A stretch of DNA of 64,000 nt from a virus. The translations under genes were made by a program, and so were the position numbers. Every line of letters begins with the position of its first letter. The stretch's first letter is position 1. The notes under the pieces were generated by a model. It was given only the letters and a program-made list of their open reading frames with translations, was not told the DNA's origin and did not search any database. This document shows positions 37,899-47,593 of the stretch, piece by piece. The stretch lies in IMG/VR virus record IMGVR_UViG_3300009161_006153, positions 10,950 through 74,949 of that record, one strand, 5' to 3'.

Positions 37899-38525
37899 AT
37901 GTCATTTTCCCCAGCTTCAGGAAGCATTTATTTATCAATTTCTGATTTTTTGGATAATATATCCGGTCATGATTTTTCTAAATTTTTAGAATTTAGAAAT
38001 TGGAGAATTCAACAAATTTATAATACTCAGAATGACACTAATGACATATTAATTTCTTGGGATAAATCAGAATTAAATAAAGATTCAGAATTTTTCTATA
38101 CCAATTCCAAGGATCAGAGAATGGATTCCATTTATCTTAGAATGGCAAAGGTGTGGGGAGAGAATTCCTATTGCACAAGAATGAAAGTCGGATGTCTTGT
38201 TGTTAATCAAAAATCTATAATATCGGACGGATATAACGGATCCCCATCTGGATTTCTTAATCAATGTGAGAGCGAGGATAATATTACCCTCCCCCATATA
38301 TTACATGCAGAAGCTAATGCTATAACAAAAATTGCAAAAAGTACACAGAGCTCTTACGGATCAACTTTATATGTTACTCTTTCCCCTTGTTTTGAGTGTT
38401 CAAAACTTATAATTCAATCGGGCATAAAAAGGGTGGTTTTTAACGAACTTTATAGAAAAACAGATTCAATTCCCTTTTTAGTCAGAGGAGGGGTTGAGAT
38501 CTTAAAAATTGAACCAATGGAGTAG
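37899..38525 (+). CDS. dCMP deaminase with an N-terminal extension
   Basis: SYC.R.KVGC, GYNG.PSG, HAEANAI and PCFEC motifs. Confidence 0.9.
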   Translation: MSFSPASGSIYLSISDFLDNISGHDFSKFLEFRNWRIQQIYNTQNDTNDILISWDKSELNKDSEFFYTNSKDQRMDSIYLRMAKVWGENSYCTRMKVGCLVVNQKSIISDGYNGSPSGFLNQCESEDNITLPHILHAEANAITKIAKSTQSSYGSTLYVTLSPCFECSKLIIQSGIKRVVFNELYRKTDSIPFLVRGGVEILKIEPME

Positions 38526-38539
38526 AATAATAGTAAAAA
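38511..38539 (+). promoter_or_regulatory. Putative middle promoter variant GAACC-N18-TAAAAA upstream of the sigma gene
   Basis: Same spacing as the GAAAC motif. Confidence 0.45.
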
Positions 38540-38554
38540 ACAAAAAGAAATATA

Positions 38555-39166
38555 ATGCTGAAACAAAAAGAAAAAAACATCCAGAATCTGGCAGAGGACT
38601 TTATTGTCAAAAAATGCGACATCTCCTTCAAAAAACTCTTCGAAAGACTAAAGCCAGGAGTCTCAAATCATTGTTTACTTATTCTCAAAGATCCAGATCT
38701 TGCAGAAGATGCTTTCCTTAACACCATGTCTAAGATCTGGACTAAAATAGATCAGTATGATATGGAGAGAGGAAACTTCTCTACCTGGTGTTATAATATC
38801 GCCAGAAATGAATCTCTCCTTTTAATAAAATCAAGAAAGAAAGTTCTAAGCTTTTCTGACAGTGATTTAGAATTTCTATGCTCCACCAATTCTCTAGGTG
38901 ATTACGGGGGTAATTATCAAATGGATGATGATCCATCATTTAATTTATTTTGTGAAAAAAATAAAACCGATGACGTTTACGAATTGGTTTTAGAAGAAAT
39001 CAAAGCTCTACCCGAATTATATAGAGATATAATGATTGATCGGGAAATCAATGGAATGAAATACAAGGATATTGCTGAGAAGTATAATATCAAAAAAAGA
39101 TCAATTGCTACTCGGATTAGAAGAGCAAGGGGTAGGATACGTAAAAAAATGAGTGGGAAACAATAA
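38555..39166 (+). CDS. RNA polymerase sigma-70 family factor, ECF-like
   Basis: Region 2 AEDAF...IW.KIDQYD..RGNFSTWCYNIARN. Region 4 ALPELYR...GMKYKDIAEKY......IATRIRRAR. Confidence 0.9.
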   Translation: MLKQKEKNIQNLAEDFIVKKCDISFKKLFERLKPGVSNHCLLILKDPDLAEDAFLNTMSKIWTKIDQYDMERGNFSTWCYNIARNESLLLIKSRKKVLSFSDSDLEFLCSTNSLGDYGGNYQMDDDPSFNLFCEKNKTDDVYELVLEEIKALPELYRDIMIDREINGMKYKDIAEKYNIKKRSIATRIRRARGRIRKKMSGKQ

Positions 39167-39193
39167 TACTAATTTTTAATATAAAAAAAGATT

Positions 39194-39622
39194 ATGCTCA
39201 GATTATTTAAAGTCTTAAGGGAAATTAAGGTATATCGGGACTATTTAAAAATTGTCAAAAACGAGTCTTTAAACTCCCCTCTGTGGACTAGAAGAAATTT
39301 AAGGAGTGATTGGGTTGGCCGGATTTATACTGTTATAAATTTACCCCCACAAGTTACTCAATCCCCAGATCTTCCTAGAGAGGCTAGACCTTCTTTTGTT
39401 GTTAATGAGATTAAGCCTATAAATGACTATTTAAAATCTTTAAATCTCGAGGAGATTATTACAGTAGGGATTAAACCTGTTGAAGGCACAACGGAGGAAT
39501 CCTATCTGGTTGTTTATCAATATGTTTTCAAGCATCTTACCCTGCTTTGGATTCTGAGATTTATTGTTGAGGTGGTTGCTTTAACCCTAATCTCTATTAA
39601 ATTGTATAATTACTTTATATAA
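39194..39622 (+). CDS. Hypothetical membrane protein
   Basis: C-terminal hydrophobic helix. GAAAC-N18-TATAAA promoter at 39157-39185. Confidence 0.6.
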   Translation: MLRLFKVLREIKVYRDYLKIVKNESLNSPLWTRRNLRSDWVGRIYTVINLPPQVTQSPDLPREARPSFVVNEIKPINDYLKSLNLEEIITVGIKPVEGTTEESYLVVYQYVFKHLTLLWILRFIVEVVALTLISIKLYNYFI

Positions 39623-39626
39623 AAAT

Positions 39627-40430
39627 ATGCGTGATGCTTTAGAATTATATAAGATTGATATAGATGAAAAATTAAAGATTTTTTCAGATCCCAAATTCGT
39701 TTTTCATTCGGATGCCCATATTTATGAGTATGATGGTAGAAAATTCGAATCTGTAACTACCTTTATAAAAAATTTCAAGATCCCGTTTGATCGTGAATAT
39801 TGGTCTAGAAAAAAAGCTATAGAAAGAGGAGTTGATCCCTCTGTGATACTTGAGGAATGGAACCAAAAATCATCTAAATCTTTAGTCTTAGGTAGAGAAG
39901 TTCATAAATATATTGAAGATTTTTGGATGGGACAAAATCCAGAAATGCCACAGGATGAAACTATAAAAGAAAGAGTCGAAAAATTTTTGGATTTCTATGA
40001 AAAGAAGTTAAAATATTTTTTACCCCTTAAATCAGAGCTTAAGATATTTTCAAAAAAATGGAGGATCTCTGGAACTATAGACCAGCCTTTCCTTTTTTGG
40101 GATGAAAAACAAAATCTTCCTCTCCTTGTGATTGGTGATTGGAAGACGAATGGCGAGTTTAAAGATGACGAGCATCCCAAAGGCAGATATAAAAAACTTC
40201 TTAGGCCTTTTTCACATCTCTGGGAAAACAGCCATAATGAATATTCAATACAGGTTAGCCTATATAGACTTATTTTGGAGGAGGAAGCTAATATAGTAAC
40301 AGGCGGAGGATTTCTTTGCCATATTGGACCGGACGGACCTGCAAAATTTTACCCTGCTAAGGATTTAAGAGAGCCGCTTAGGGCATACCTCGAAAATAAC
40401 AGATCAGAATCCGATATCTTTGATATTTAA
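39627..40430 (+). CDS. PD-(D/E)XK nuclease superfamily protein
   Basis: SVTT, G..VH.YIE, SELKI, GTID, GDWKT and YSIQVSLY motifs. Confidence 0.8.
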   Translation: MRDALELYKIDIDEKLKIFSDPKFVFHSDAHIYEYDGRKFESVTTFIKNFKIPFDREYWSRKKAIERGVDPSVILEEWNQKSSKSLVLGREVHKYIEDFWMGQNPEMPQDETIKERVEKFLDFYEKKLKYFLPLKSELKIFSKKWRISGTIDQPFLFWDEKQNLPLLVIGDWKTNGEFKDDEHPKGRYKKLLRPFSHLWENSHNEYSIQVSLYRLILEEEANIVTGGGFLCHIGPDGPAKFYPAKDLREPLRAYLENNRSESDIFDI

Positions 40431-40473
40431 TAGGGAACAAAAAGATATAAACAAACTAAAAAAAATAAAAAAT

Positions 40474-41022
40474 ATGTCAATTCAAAAAGTTAATCAAGAA
40501 GAAATTATTTTATCTGGTCCAGAATCATCTGATGTCACAGATTTTGAAACACAAGAGACAACAGAAGTTCCTGAGAGTGATTTTATGTCTACGATTGATC
40601 AAGCAAAAATATCTGAGATCGAGTCTAAAATTCAGGAGAAGAAAGAGGAGATCAAGAATAAGGTTTATGCAGTTAATATGTCAGAGGCCACTTTTAATAA
40701 ATTTTGTGATTTTATGTCAACCAAAGCAGAATGGTCTGGCACAGAGGCATTGGGTATTAAAGAGGTGAATAAGCAGCTTGAAAAAATTAACAAGGATGGT
40801 GGTGTTAAAAATTCTGTTATATACTTAGGAGCTTTACCCCTTGAAGCTAGCCACTATTTCCTTTCTAAATCAAAAGGAGCTGGCTTAAAATCGGCTGAGG
40901 ATTTTCTAACCATATATAAAGCTCTAGATCAAGCTCTAAACGATGCTAAAAACGACGCGGTAGAGATAAAGAATTTAGAGAAGGAATTAAATGCATCTCT
41001 TCAAGGTATAGACCTTGCGTAG
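40474..41022 (+). CDS. Hypothetical coiled-coil protein
   Basis: ATG 40474 follows an A-rich leader and GGAAC-N18-TAAAAA (40434-40462). Confidence 0.65.
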   Translation: MSIQKVNQEEIILSGPESSDVTDFETQETTEVPESDFMSTIDQAKISEIESKIQEKKEEIKNKVYAVNMSEATFNKFCDFMSTKAEWSGTEALGIKEVNKQLEKINKDGGVKNSVIYLGALPLEASHYFLSKSKGAGLKSAEDFLTIYKALDQALNDAKNDAVEIKNLEKELNASLQGIDLA

Positions 41023-41046
41023 TAATAACCTCTATTAAAAATACTG

Positions 41047-41071
41047 GCCAGGATAATTCCTGGCTTTTTTT
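41047..41071 (+). terminator. Rho-independent terminator
   Basis: GCCAGGA-taat-TCCTGGC-TTTTTTT hairpin. Confidence 0.85.
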
Positions 41072-41111
41072 GTAGTTTGTTTTCAAATATATATAGATAA
41101 ATCATTTAGCT

Positions 41112-41423
41112 ATGAAGATAATTGAAAAAATGCAACAAAACATTTGGGCCATCTTGCTTTTCTTTGTTATTGTTGTATTTCTTAAGCAATGCTCTATAAC
41201 TAGAGAGCAGAATAAAATATCAAAGGATATCAAGTCCATAAGAACACAAATAGACTCATTAGCGAGTAAGAGAGATGTTATAAGGGAAATCAAAATTGAA
41301 GGCCTAAAAACGTCAAAAAGAACATTGTACGATTGGAATTCTGTCATAAGGACAACAACTAGACCCGATGATAGAATGAATGAATATGACAAAGAAATAG
41401 AGGTGTTAGAAAAAACTAAATAA
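41112..41423 (+). CDS. Membrane-anchored coiled-coil protein (spanin-like candidate)
   Basis: N-terminal TM helix ending LKQC, then coiled coil. Late promoter at 41086. Confidence 0.45.
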   Translation: MKIIEKMQQNIWAILLFFVIVVFLKQCSITREQNKISKDIKSIRTQIDSLASKRDVIREIKIEGLKTSKRTLYDWNSVIRTTTRPDDRMNEYDKEIEVLEKTK

Positions 41424-41428
41424 ATTAG

Positions 41429-42163
41429 ATGAAAAAAGGGTTAGTCCATTGGTTTATAATTTCCACATTTATCTCGTTGTATTTGATAGTTTCGATTATC
41501 TCTACAATACACGTTATTGAATTTTTTAGTCTTTCAAATCCATATTGGTTATCAGTTTCCCTAGCTATAGCTTTCGAGGTTGGAGCTGCTGCATCCCTAG
41601 CATCTCTTATAGTCTTGGATAAAATGAATAAACTGTTAGTTTGGGTACTTTTTATCACCCTGACTTTTATGCAGGCAATGGGAAATACCTACTATGCTTT
41701 CACCAATCTACACGATTACCAATCATGGATAGAATTATTTGGATTGGTTGACGAGGATGTAATATACCAAAAAAGAATGCTTTCCCTTATAAGCGGTGCT
41801 ATACTTCCTCTTATAGCACTAGGTTTTATAAAATCATTAGTTGATTATATAAAACCATCGTCTGAGATTTTAGAAAAAAGTAAAGATGCACAGAAAAATG
41901 TAGAAATCTCGGACAATGAAACTGAAAAATCTGAAACACCTGTTTTTATTGAGAATCCCGGACGTGAAGAAAAACAGGAGAACGCCGTGATTGAAGATTT
42001 TAAACCCGATGAAATATCCGATCCCTTTGTAATCCAAGAAGATCTATCCCAGATTAATGATCAAAGTATCGGGGGGAACCAAATACAACCTGGGATACAG
42101 CACATTAATATGAAAAGAATAGAAGACCCAGTCTTACGTTATAGAGAGTCTCTAAAAAAATAA
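41429..42163 (+). CDS. Multi-pass membrane protein with an acidic tail (lysis candidate)
   Basis: About four hydrophobic helices in the first 140 aa. Confidence 0.55.
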   Translation: MKKGLVHWFIISTFISLYLIVSIISTIHVIEFFSLSNPYWLSVSLAIAFEVGAAASLASLIVLDKMNKLLVWVLFITLTFMQAMGNTYYAFTNLHDYQSWIELFGLVDEDVIYQKRMLSLISGAILPLIALGFIKSLVDYIKPSSEILEKSKDAQKNVEISDNETEKSETPVFIENPGREEKQENAVIEDFKPDEISDPFVIQEDLSQINDQSIGGNQIQPGIQHINMKRIEDPVLRYRESLKK

Positions 42164-42173
42164 TATAAATTAA

Positions 42174-42860
42174 TTGAACGAGCAAGACCCAAATATATCT
42201 AACACCTTAAATTTTGACGGTGGAAATTCTTTAGGTGGTGGCATAGATTTACCCGGGGGTAATTCAACCTATGCGCAAAACCCTCTTCAGGGATCACCGA
42301 CTGGTGGATTGTTTATTACCCAATACACAAATATAGCTAGGACCCAAGCTCAATTCACAAGAATAAATGCAACTTTTAGGGACTTTAATATCCAGCCTTC
42401 CCTCAGATTTTCTGGGGAAAAAATAAGGGTTACACAAAGGGCTGAAACTTTGGACTTTCTCGACCTTGCTTCTTTTTTTCATCCTATACAATCTTTTTCA
42501 GAGTTTCAAAAACAGACTTTCGTTATTAACCCAAGAAGTACCATTAATTTAGATCCTTTTAGTTTTACGACAACTAACGGGGAAGTATCTTTAATAATGG
42601 CTAGAGCATACTATCTTCCTGAGGCAACCCCGGAGTCAATGCTTCTTTTCTGGGATTATCAAGGGAATGATAGAAATGTTATGGGACAAATAATGGTCCT
42701 TAGTGGAGCTGTGAAAAACAGCTCAGCCTGGGAGGGATGGGACCTAAATCCTTTTACCGATGTAAATCACACTGATCCGGCAAACATCTCATTAGGTGGA
42801 TTATCTTTTACTAATCCAACTGATCTGAATGTCAAGCTTTCAATATTAGTTTCTAGCTAA
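42174..42860 (+). CDS. Hypothetical beta-rich virion protein, paralog of the next ORF
   Basis: Shares G(Q/E)....LSG...EGW.L...GG....NP with 42861. Confidence 0.6.
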   Translation: MNEQDPNISNTLNFDGGNSLGGGIDLPGGNSTYAQNPLQGSPTGGLFITQYTNIARTQAQFTRINATFRDFNIQPSLRFSGEKIRVTQRAETLDFLDLASFFHPIQSFSEFQKQTFVINPRSTINLDPFSFTTTNGEVSLIMARAYYLPEATPESMLLFWDYQGNDRNVMGQIMVLSGAVKNSSAWEGWDLNPFTDVNHTDPANISLGGLSFTNPTDLNVKLSILVSS

Positions 42861-43346
42861 ATGGCAACACAACCAATTATATGCCCGTATGAAGAGGTAC
42901 CTGGATTTAGATTTTTCAGGGGTAATCTTGTTCTTGATGATGGGAAAACATCATCACCCCCAGTTTACATGTATCTCTCTGATATAATTTCTGAGGTTAC
43001 CTCCTTTTCAAAATCTAGCGTGACAGTAAGGCCGAGTTCTTGTATACTTTTATCCCAAACAGATATAGGTGATAGTTTAGGTTATGTGAGCTTTATAGCT
43101 ATCAGAGCTAATTTTGTCGGAGCTGGATACGAGACTAAAAAATATTACAACTGGACGTACGACGAGGTAACCTATACTTCCGGGGAGTTGCTAATACTTT
43201 CAGGCCCAAGCCTTTCAGCAACAACATCAATTTACGAAGGATGGTTTTTATCTAAGCCTGGGGTCTATTCACAGAGCGGGGGTATTCTATTATGCAATCC
43301 ACATACCGATATTACTATAAAAATGGAAATTCTGGTTGCTCTTTAA
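42861..43346 (+). CDS. Hypothetical beta-rich virion protein, paralog of the previous ORF
   Basis: GELLILSG..YEGWFL..GGILLCNPH. Confidence 0.6.
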   Translation: MATQPIICPYEEVPGFRFFRGNLVLDDGKTSSPPVYMYLSDIISEVTSFSKSSVTVRPSSCILLSQTDIGDSLGYVSFIAIRANFVGAGYETKKYYNWTYDEVTYTSGELLILSGPSLSATTSIYEGWFLSKPGVYSQSGGILLCNPHTDITIKMEILVAL

Positions 43347-43424
43347 TTTATTGGGCTACCGTTAAATATATACATAAAAGTTAGTCCGGAAAAGATATAT
43401 AACTAGTTAAAAAAATACGAAACC

Positions 43425-45854
43425 ATGGATCTTATAAATCAAGTTAGACTTTTAAAGCAGCAAACTAATTCGGAGGAGGTCAAAAACCTATGTGAAAGTT
43501 TTCTGAAAGGTGAAATTCAAATTTCAGAAAGTCAACTAAACGAGATGACTTCCGATCTTCAAAATATTGGGGCATCTTACAACCCTCCTAAGGACCTAAG
43601 AGAGCAAATCAGAGACGAGGAGATTTCAGCATCCAAGAGAATAGCTGAATCTTTGATGAACAATTGGGAGGTAGGTAAAATTAAATCCCTTAACAACTCA
43701 GGCTCATATCTTTCATTGGAAAAGGAGATAAAGGAAAATGAATCAAACCTAGTTGAGTCACTGTCTCAGCATATATCTGATCCTAGTGCAAGATCCTTTG
43801 TTGAAACACAGGGACTAAACAATCTTGGAATACTTGAAGGATTGGATACCTTAAAAGGATGCGGGATAAATCAGCATCCAGGTTTTAAAATGATGGCTGA
43901 AAAATATTCCGGCTTAATCAAATATAAAAATATACCAGAAACGAGATTAATCCATGGATTTATTCACGAGTGCTCTGCTTTCAAATGGGACAGCGACGTA
44001 GAACAAGTTGTTGAATCAATTCAGAATAGGGCTGAGAAATACTCAAGAGAAATAGAGATAATCAAAGTTTTAGAATCAATACAAAATAGCGCTAATAGAT
44101 CTTTTTATTCTGAACTTAGCGATTCTTTGAACGAGTGGATAGTTTCAAATGATAAATCCTCGGCTCTTTTAGCAAAAAATATTCAAAAATGGTCTTTTAA
44201 TCCAGTTGTTAAAAACCTAATTAATTTTTTAACAATAAACGAATCAAAGGGAACAGGAAAACTTGAACTTCCTATTGTAAATCAGGGAGAATCTAGAGTG
44301 GAAAGAATTTATACTGCGGCTCACATCTCTGAAGGAGTTTCTATTTTCTTAATAGGAAACACCCTTTTTGAAATGAGCGACAACGGCTTAACAAAATTAG
44401 GATCTAACGGCATTAAAGGTCTTCCCAATGATTATGTAAATTTAATTTCAGCTCTAGCCAAGACTTATGTAAAAGTAAATGAGGATGGAGTTTTTGTAAA
44501 TCTAGGAAGAAGCACAGTTAGATTAATAGAAGAGGATTTAGAAAAAAGTGTTTATTTTAATAATAAAAAAATTAAATTCAATACTTTAAATGAGCTTGGA
44601 AAATACCTCTCAATGGAAATCGGTTCTTTTATTGGAGGTGTGAATGAAAATGCAGTGGTTAAGGATGTTATTGAAATTTACAAAGGACTAGAAAACATCG
44701 TGGAACTTGATTTTGCTAAATCGATAGTTTCTAATATTTATGAAGGTGTTAGTATAAATCTTTTAAAGCACAATAATGAAATATACTTAAACCGCGTTAA
44801 CGAATCAATGAGAGAGAATTCACTGTATAAAGTGAACGGAACTCAGGCTGTTCAAGCGGTGAAAGAATTTTTAAGATACGATATCTCTGAAGGATTAACC
44901 GAGTTTTTAGAAGGAGATCATAAGGTAAAATCAATAATGGTTAACGATAGAACCAAGGTTTTAGAAAATATCTCTAAGGTTGAATTAGAGATTGATAAGA
45001 TAGAGTCATTGATAGAGTCAAGCACAGAATATGCACAATCAGAACAAATAAAATCTGCTCACAGATTGCTAAGTAATGAATTGGGCATTCTTAAAGAGAA
45101 GTGGAATCAAATAAATAACGAATTAAAAAAATTAGATTTCGGCATATCTCAATCTTGTGATTTGAACGAGGATAGCGCTTTTGATATTGGAGACTATATA
45201 AAAGTTAAAGAATCTGGTGAAACCGGAAAAATCATTTCGATCGACGGAACCTCTGGAAGATATACTGTTTTGTTAGATAATGGAAAAACATCTGATTTTA
45301 TCGTAAATGAAATAGTTGATTTGGATACTGCTTTAAGTCAAGCAGCAGATAAAAATTCAGAAGAAAATCCAGAAGATTATGATGGTGAAGAGGAAGTTAA
45401 AGAGAATACTTTGAACAAATCAACTCTGTCTGTGGAAGAGCAGGTGAAGATATTAAAAAATCTTGCTAGCGGTCATGGATTCTCAAAAGCTCCTGGAACG
45501 AAAAAAGGAGATATAGATATTAAGGTAAATGATCTTCAGGGTTACAACCTAACAATGAATGAAACTTCAAAGAAGGAAGCAAGTTCTCAAGATACCTATG
45601 CTAAAGCACCAGGGGATAGCAAAATGGGAAGCCAAAAAAATGCTAATCCTAAAGGAAACCTATCATCTGCTCCGGTAGCTAAGGGAATGGTAAATGGAAA
45701 AACTGAGGGTAAAGATTCATTCCCAACAAATGCGCCAGAAACTAAGGGTAAATCTGATTTTGAAGCGGGAGATGAAACTGGATCTGACTATGAAACAGGA
45801 TACAATTTAAGAGAGGGAAACATTGACGAGGATAACGATTTAAAAAAAAACTAA
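43425..45854 (+). CDS. Large probable prohead-core/internal head protein; a -1 frameshift would extend it to 46015
   Basis: Two late promoters (43365, 43394), many (L/I/V)xE sites, SH3/KOW-like FDIGDYIKV, and C-terminal xxAP repeats. Ends T TTA AAA AAA AAC TAA. Confidence 0.65.
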   Translation: MDLINQVRLLKQQTNSEEVKNLCESFLKGEIQISESQLNEMTSDLQNIGASYNPPKDLREQIRDEEISASKRIAESLMNNWEVGKIKSLNNSGSYLSLEKEIKENESNLVESLSQHISDPSARSFVETQGLNNLGILEGLDTLKGCGINQHPGFKMMAEKYSGLIKYKNIPETRLIHGFIHECSAFKWDSDVEQVVESIQNRAEKYSREIEIIKVLESIQNSANRSFYSELSDSLNEWIVSNDKSSALLAKNIQKWSFNPVVKNLINFLTINESKGTGKLELPIVNQGESRVERIYTAAHISEGVSIFLIGNTLFEMSDNGLTKLGSNGIKGLPNDYVNLISALAKTYVKVNEDGVFVNLGRSTVRLIEEDLEKSVYFNNKKIKFNTLNELGKYLSMEIGSFIGGVNENAVVKDVIEIYKGLENIVELDFAKSIVSNIYEGVSINLLKHNNEIYLNRVNESMRENSLYKVNGTQAVQAVKEFLRYDISEGLTEFLEGDHKVKSIMVNDRTKVLENISKVELEIDKIESLIESSTEYAQSEQIKSAHRLLSNELGILKEKWNQINNELKKLDFGISQSCDLNEDSAFDIGDYIKVKESGETGKIISIDGTSGRYTVLLDNGKTSDFIVNEIVDLDTALSQAADKNSEENPEDYDGEEEVKENTLNKSTLSVEEQVKILKNLASGHGFSKAPGTKKGDIDIKVNDLQGYNLTMNETSKKEASSQDTYAKAPGDSKMGSQKNANPKGNLSSAPVAKGMVNGKTEGKDSFPTNAPETKGKSDFEAGDETGSDYETGYNLREGNIDEDNDLKKN

Positions 45855-46031
45855 GTCGTAACTTTTACTTTGCTCCAAAGGCTGAGAATCAGAACGAGCC
45901 AGGAAAGAAATTTATAGATTCTCCTGACGGAAAATTTAGTAAAGCACCAACAGGTCAAAGTCCAATAAAGAAATATACAGAATACCAGGGGGAAGAGGAA
46001 GAGGAGTCTAAATAGGGAAAAAACAATACAC

Positions 46032-46064
46032 AAAAAGAACACTATTCGTAGTGTTCTTTTTTTT
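46032..46064 (+). terminator. Rho-independent terminator
   Basis: AAAAAGAACACTA-ttcg-TAGTGTTCTTTTTTTT hairpin. Confidence 0.9.
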
Positions 46065-46093
46065 GAAATATTATCATACATCTAATCTAAAAA
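46065..46093 (+). promoter_or_regulatory. Putative middle promoter GAAAT-N18-TAAAAA upstream of gp55
   Basis: Motif variant directly after the terminator. Confidence 0.55.
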
Positions 46094-46122
46094 GAATATC
46101 ATTCCAAATAACCCAAAACTAA

Positions 46123-46482
46123 ATGGCAAAAGACTATGTAAGAAATCCGGACCTCCTTGTGGCGGTAAAAGAATCCAAAAATCAAGGTAAGTTAACCCCT
46201 GAAACAATAAGGATGTTTAATTTAATGATACAAGGTATTTCAAAAAAAATGGCTTACAAAGATCAAGATGACAAAGACGATTGCATGGCTTTTGCAATGG
46301 AGGATCTTTGTAAATACTGGGATAGATTCAATCCTGAGAAATCTAATAACCCGTTTGCGTATTTCACTCAAATAGCTAAAAATGGTTTTGCAAAAGGATG
46401 GAAAAAGCTCCATCCCCCGAAAAATCCAAAGACTATTCCTTTTAGTTACATAACTGGCGATGATAACAGCTATAATGTTTAA
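46123..46482 (+). CDS. gp55: Late transcription sigma factor (T4 gp55-like)
   Basis: YVRN.DLL and KYWDRFNPEKSNNPFAYFTQIA.N.F motifs. Confidence 0.85.
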   Translation: MAKDYVRNPDLLVAVKESKNQGKLTPETIRMFNLMIQGISKKMAYKDQDDKDDCMAFAMEDLCKYWDRFNPEKSNNPFAYFTQIAKNGFAKGWKKLHPPKNPKTIPFSYITGDDNSYNV

Positions 46483-46490
46483 TCATTACC

Positions 46491-46976
46491 ATGACAGATA
46501 TAAAAAAAATAAAGCCTAGTGGCGAGTATAAATCTGGAAAATTTGAGCCTAGCAATCCCCAAAAATATATTGGAGACATCCACAATATAATTTACAGATC
46601 TTCGTGGGAGTACAGATTTTGTGTCTATTGTGATACAAATGAAAGCATACTAAAATGGTCCTCCGAGCCAATTGCTATAAAATACGTTAATCCCTTGGAT
46701 AAAAAGGAGCATGATTATAATGTCGATTTTTATATAAAGGTTCAAGCTATCTCAGAGATCCAAGAGTGGATTATAGAGATCAAGCCTGAAAAACAAACTA
46801 AAAAACCTATATTCGAAGGGTCCAATGCAACACTACAAAAGCTAAAATCTTATAACAGGAACATGCAGATCTGGATAACGAATCAAGCTAAATTTAAAGC
46901 AGCAAAACACTGGGCGGAAAAAAGAGGTTTTAAATTCGGTGTAGTTGGTGAAAATTTTCTATTTAGAAGTAAATAA
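46491..46976 (+). CDS. gp4: Head completion nuclease (T4 gp4/TnsA-like)
   Basis: GKF.P.NP.KY.GD..NIIYRSSWE, WSSE, Y..DF, IEIKP and NQAK..AA motifs. Confidence 0.88.
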   Translation: MTDIKKIKPSGEYKSGKFEPSNPQKYIGDIHNIIYRSSWEYRFCVYCDTNESILKWSSEPIAIKYVNPLDKKEHDYNVDFYIKVQAISEIQEWIIEIKPEKQTKKPIFEGSNATLQKLKSYNRNMQIWITNQAKFKAAKHWAEKRGFKFGVVGENFLFRSK

Positions 46977-47575
46977 TGAGCTATAAATCACTAGTAGAAT
47001 CTTATAAGAATGAGTTTAAAAGCCAAGCTGATCTGGTTAAATCCACGGATAAAACATTCATGGACAAATATTCTAATGGGGATTCAGGATTTAGACCACC
47101 TTTCATTACTGGAACAATTTATTACTTTAAATACAATACTACAACAGAAATATCTAAGGATCGTAGTTTTATTAACAGGAATCCCCTTTTACTTTGCACA
47201 GATTATATGAGAGGAAGTAATGGAACTATAGTAATTGGGATAGATCTTATTACCGTGCCACCTTTTGAGAGAATAGAGATAATTTCTAGGGTTTATGATA
47301 CCTTTAATAATACTATAGAATCTAACGAGAGCTCTTTAAATAAAGGGGGAAAGCAAACCCCTATCCAGTTTAGAAATGGTGTACTGGAGAGGTTGATGCG
47401 GGGGACTGGATATTCTAAATCCTTATTCGGATTTAAACTTGATTTTATAGATTCTGTTGTTGAGATAAAACTAGAGGATTGGTCTAAAATACCTTATTTA
47501 AGATCATCCTCCATAGAAGGGAAGAGCGTAGAAGAAATATATAAAGAATATAAAGTGAAATTAAAAGGCACATAG
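46976..47575 (+). CDS. DNA end protector-like protein (T4 gp2-like)
   Basis: G.IYYFKY, R.PLL and GIDL..VPP..R motifs. Lies next to gp4. Confidence 0.55.
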   Translation: MSYKSLVESYKNEFKSQADLVKSTDKTFMDKYSNGDSGFRPPFITGTIYYFKYNTTTEISKDRSFINRNPLLLCTDYMRGSNGTIVIGIDLITVPPFERIEIISRVYDTFNNTIESNESSLNKGGKQTPIQFRNGVLERLMRGTGYSKSLFGFKLDFIDSVVEIKLEDWSKIPYLRSSSIEGKSVEEIYKEYKVKLKGT

Positions 47576-47593
47576 TGACTAAAAACATTTAAA

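Noticed and set aside
45851-46081. Minus-strand 76-aa ORF filling the gap after ORF 43425
   Set aside because: It overlaps a terminator. The gap is better explained by the plus-strand -1 extension, which continues the AP repeats.
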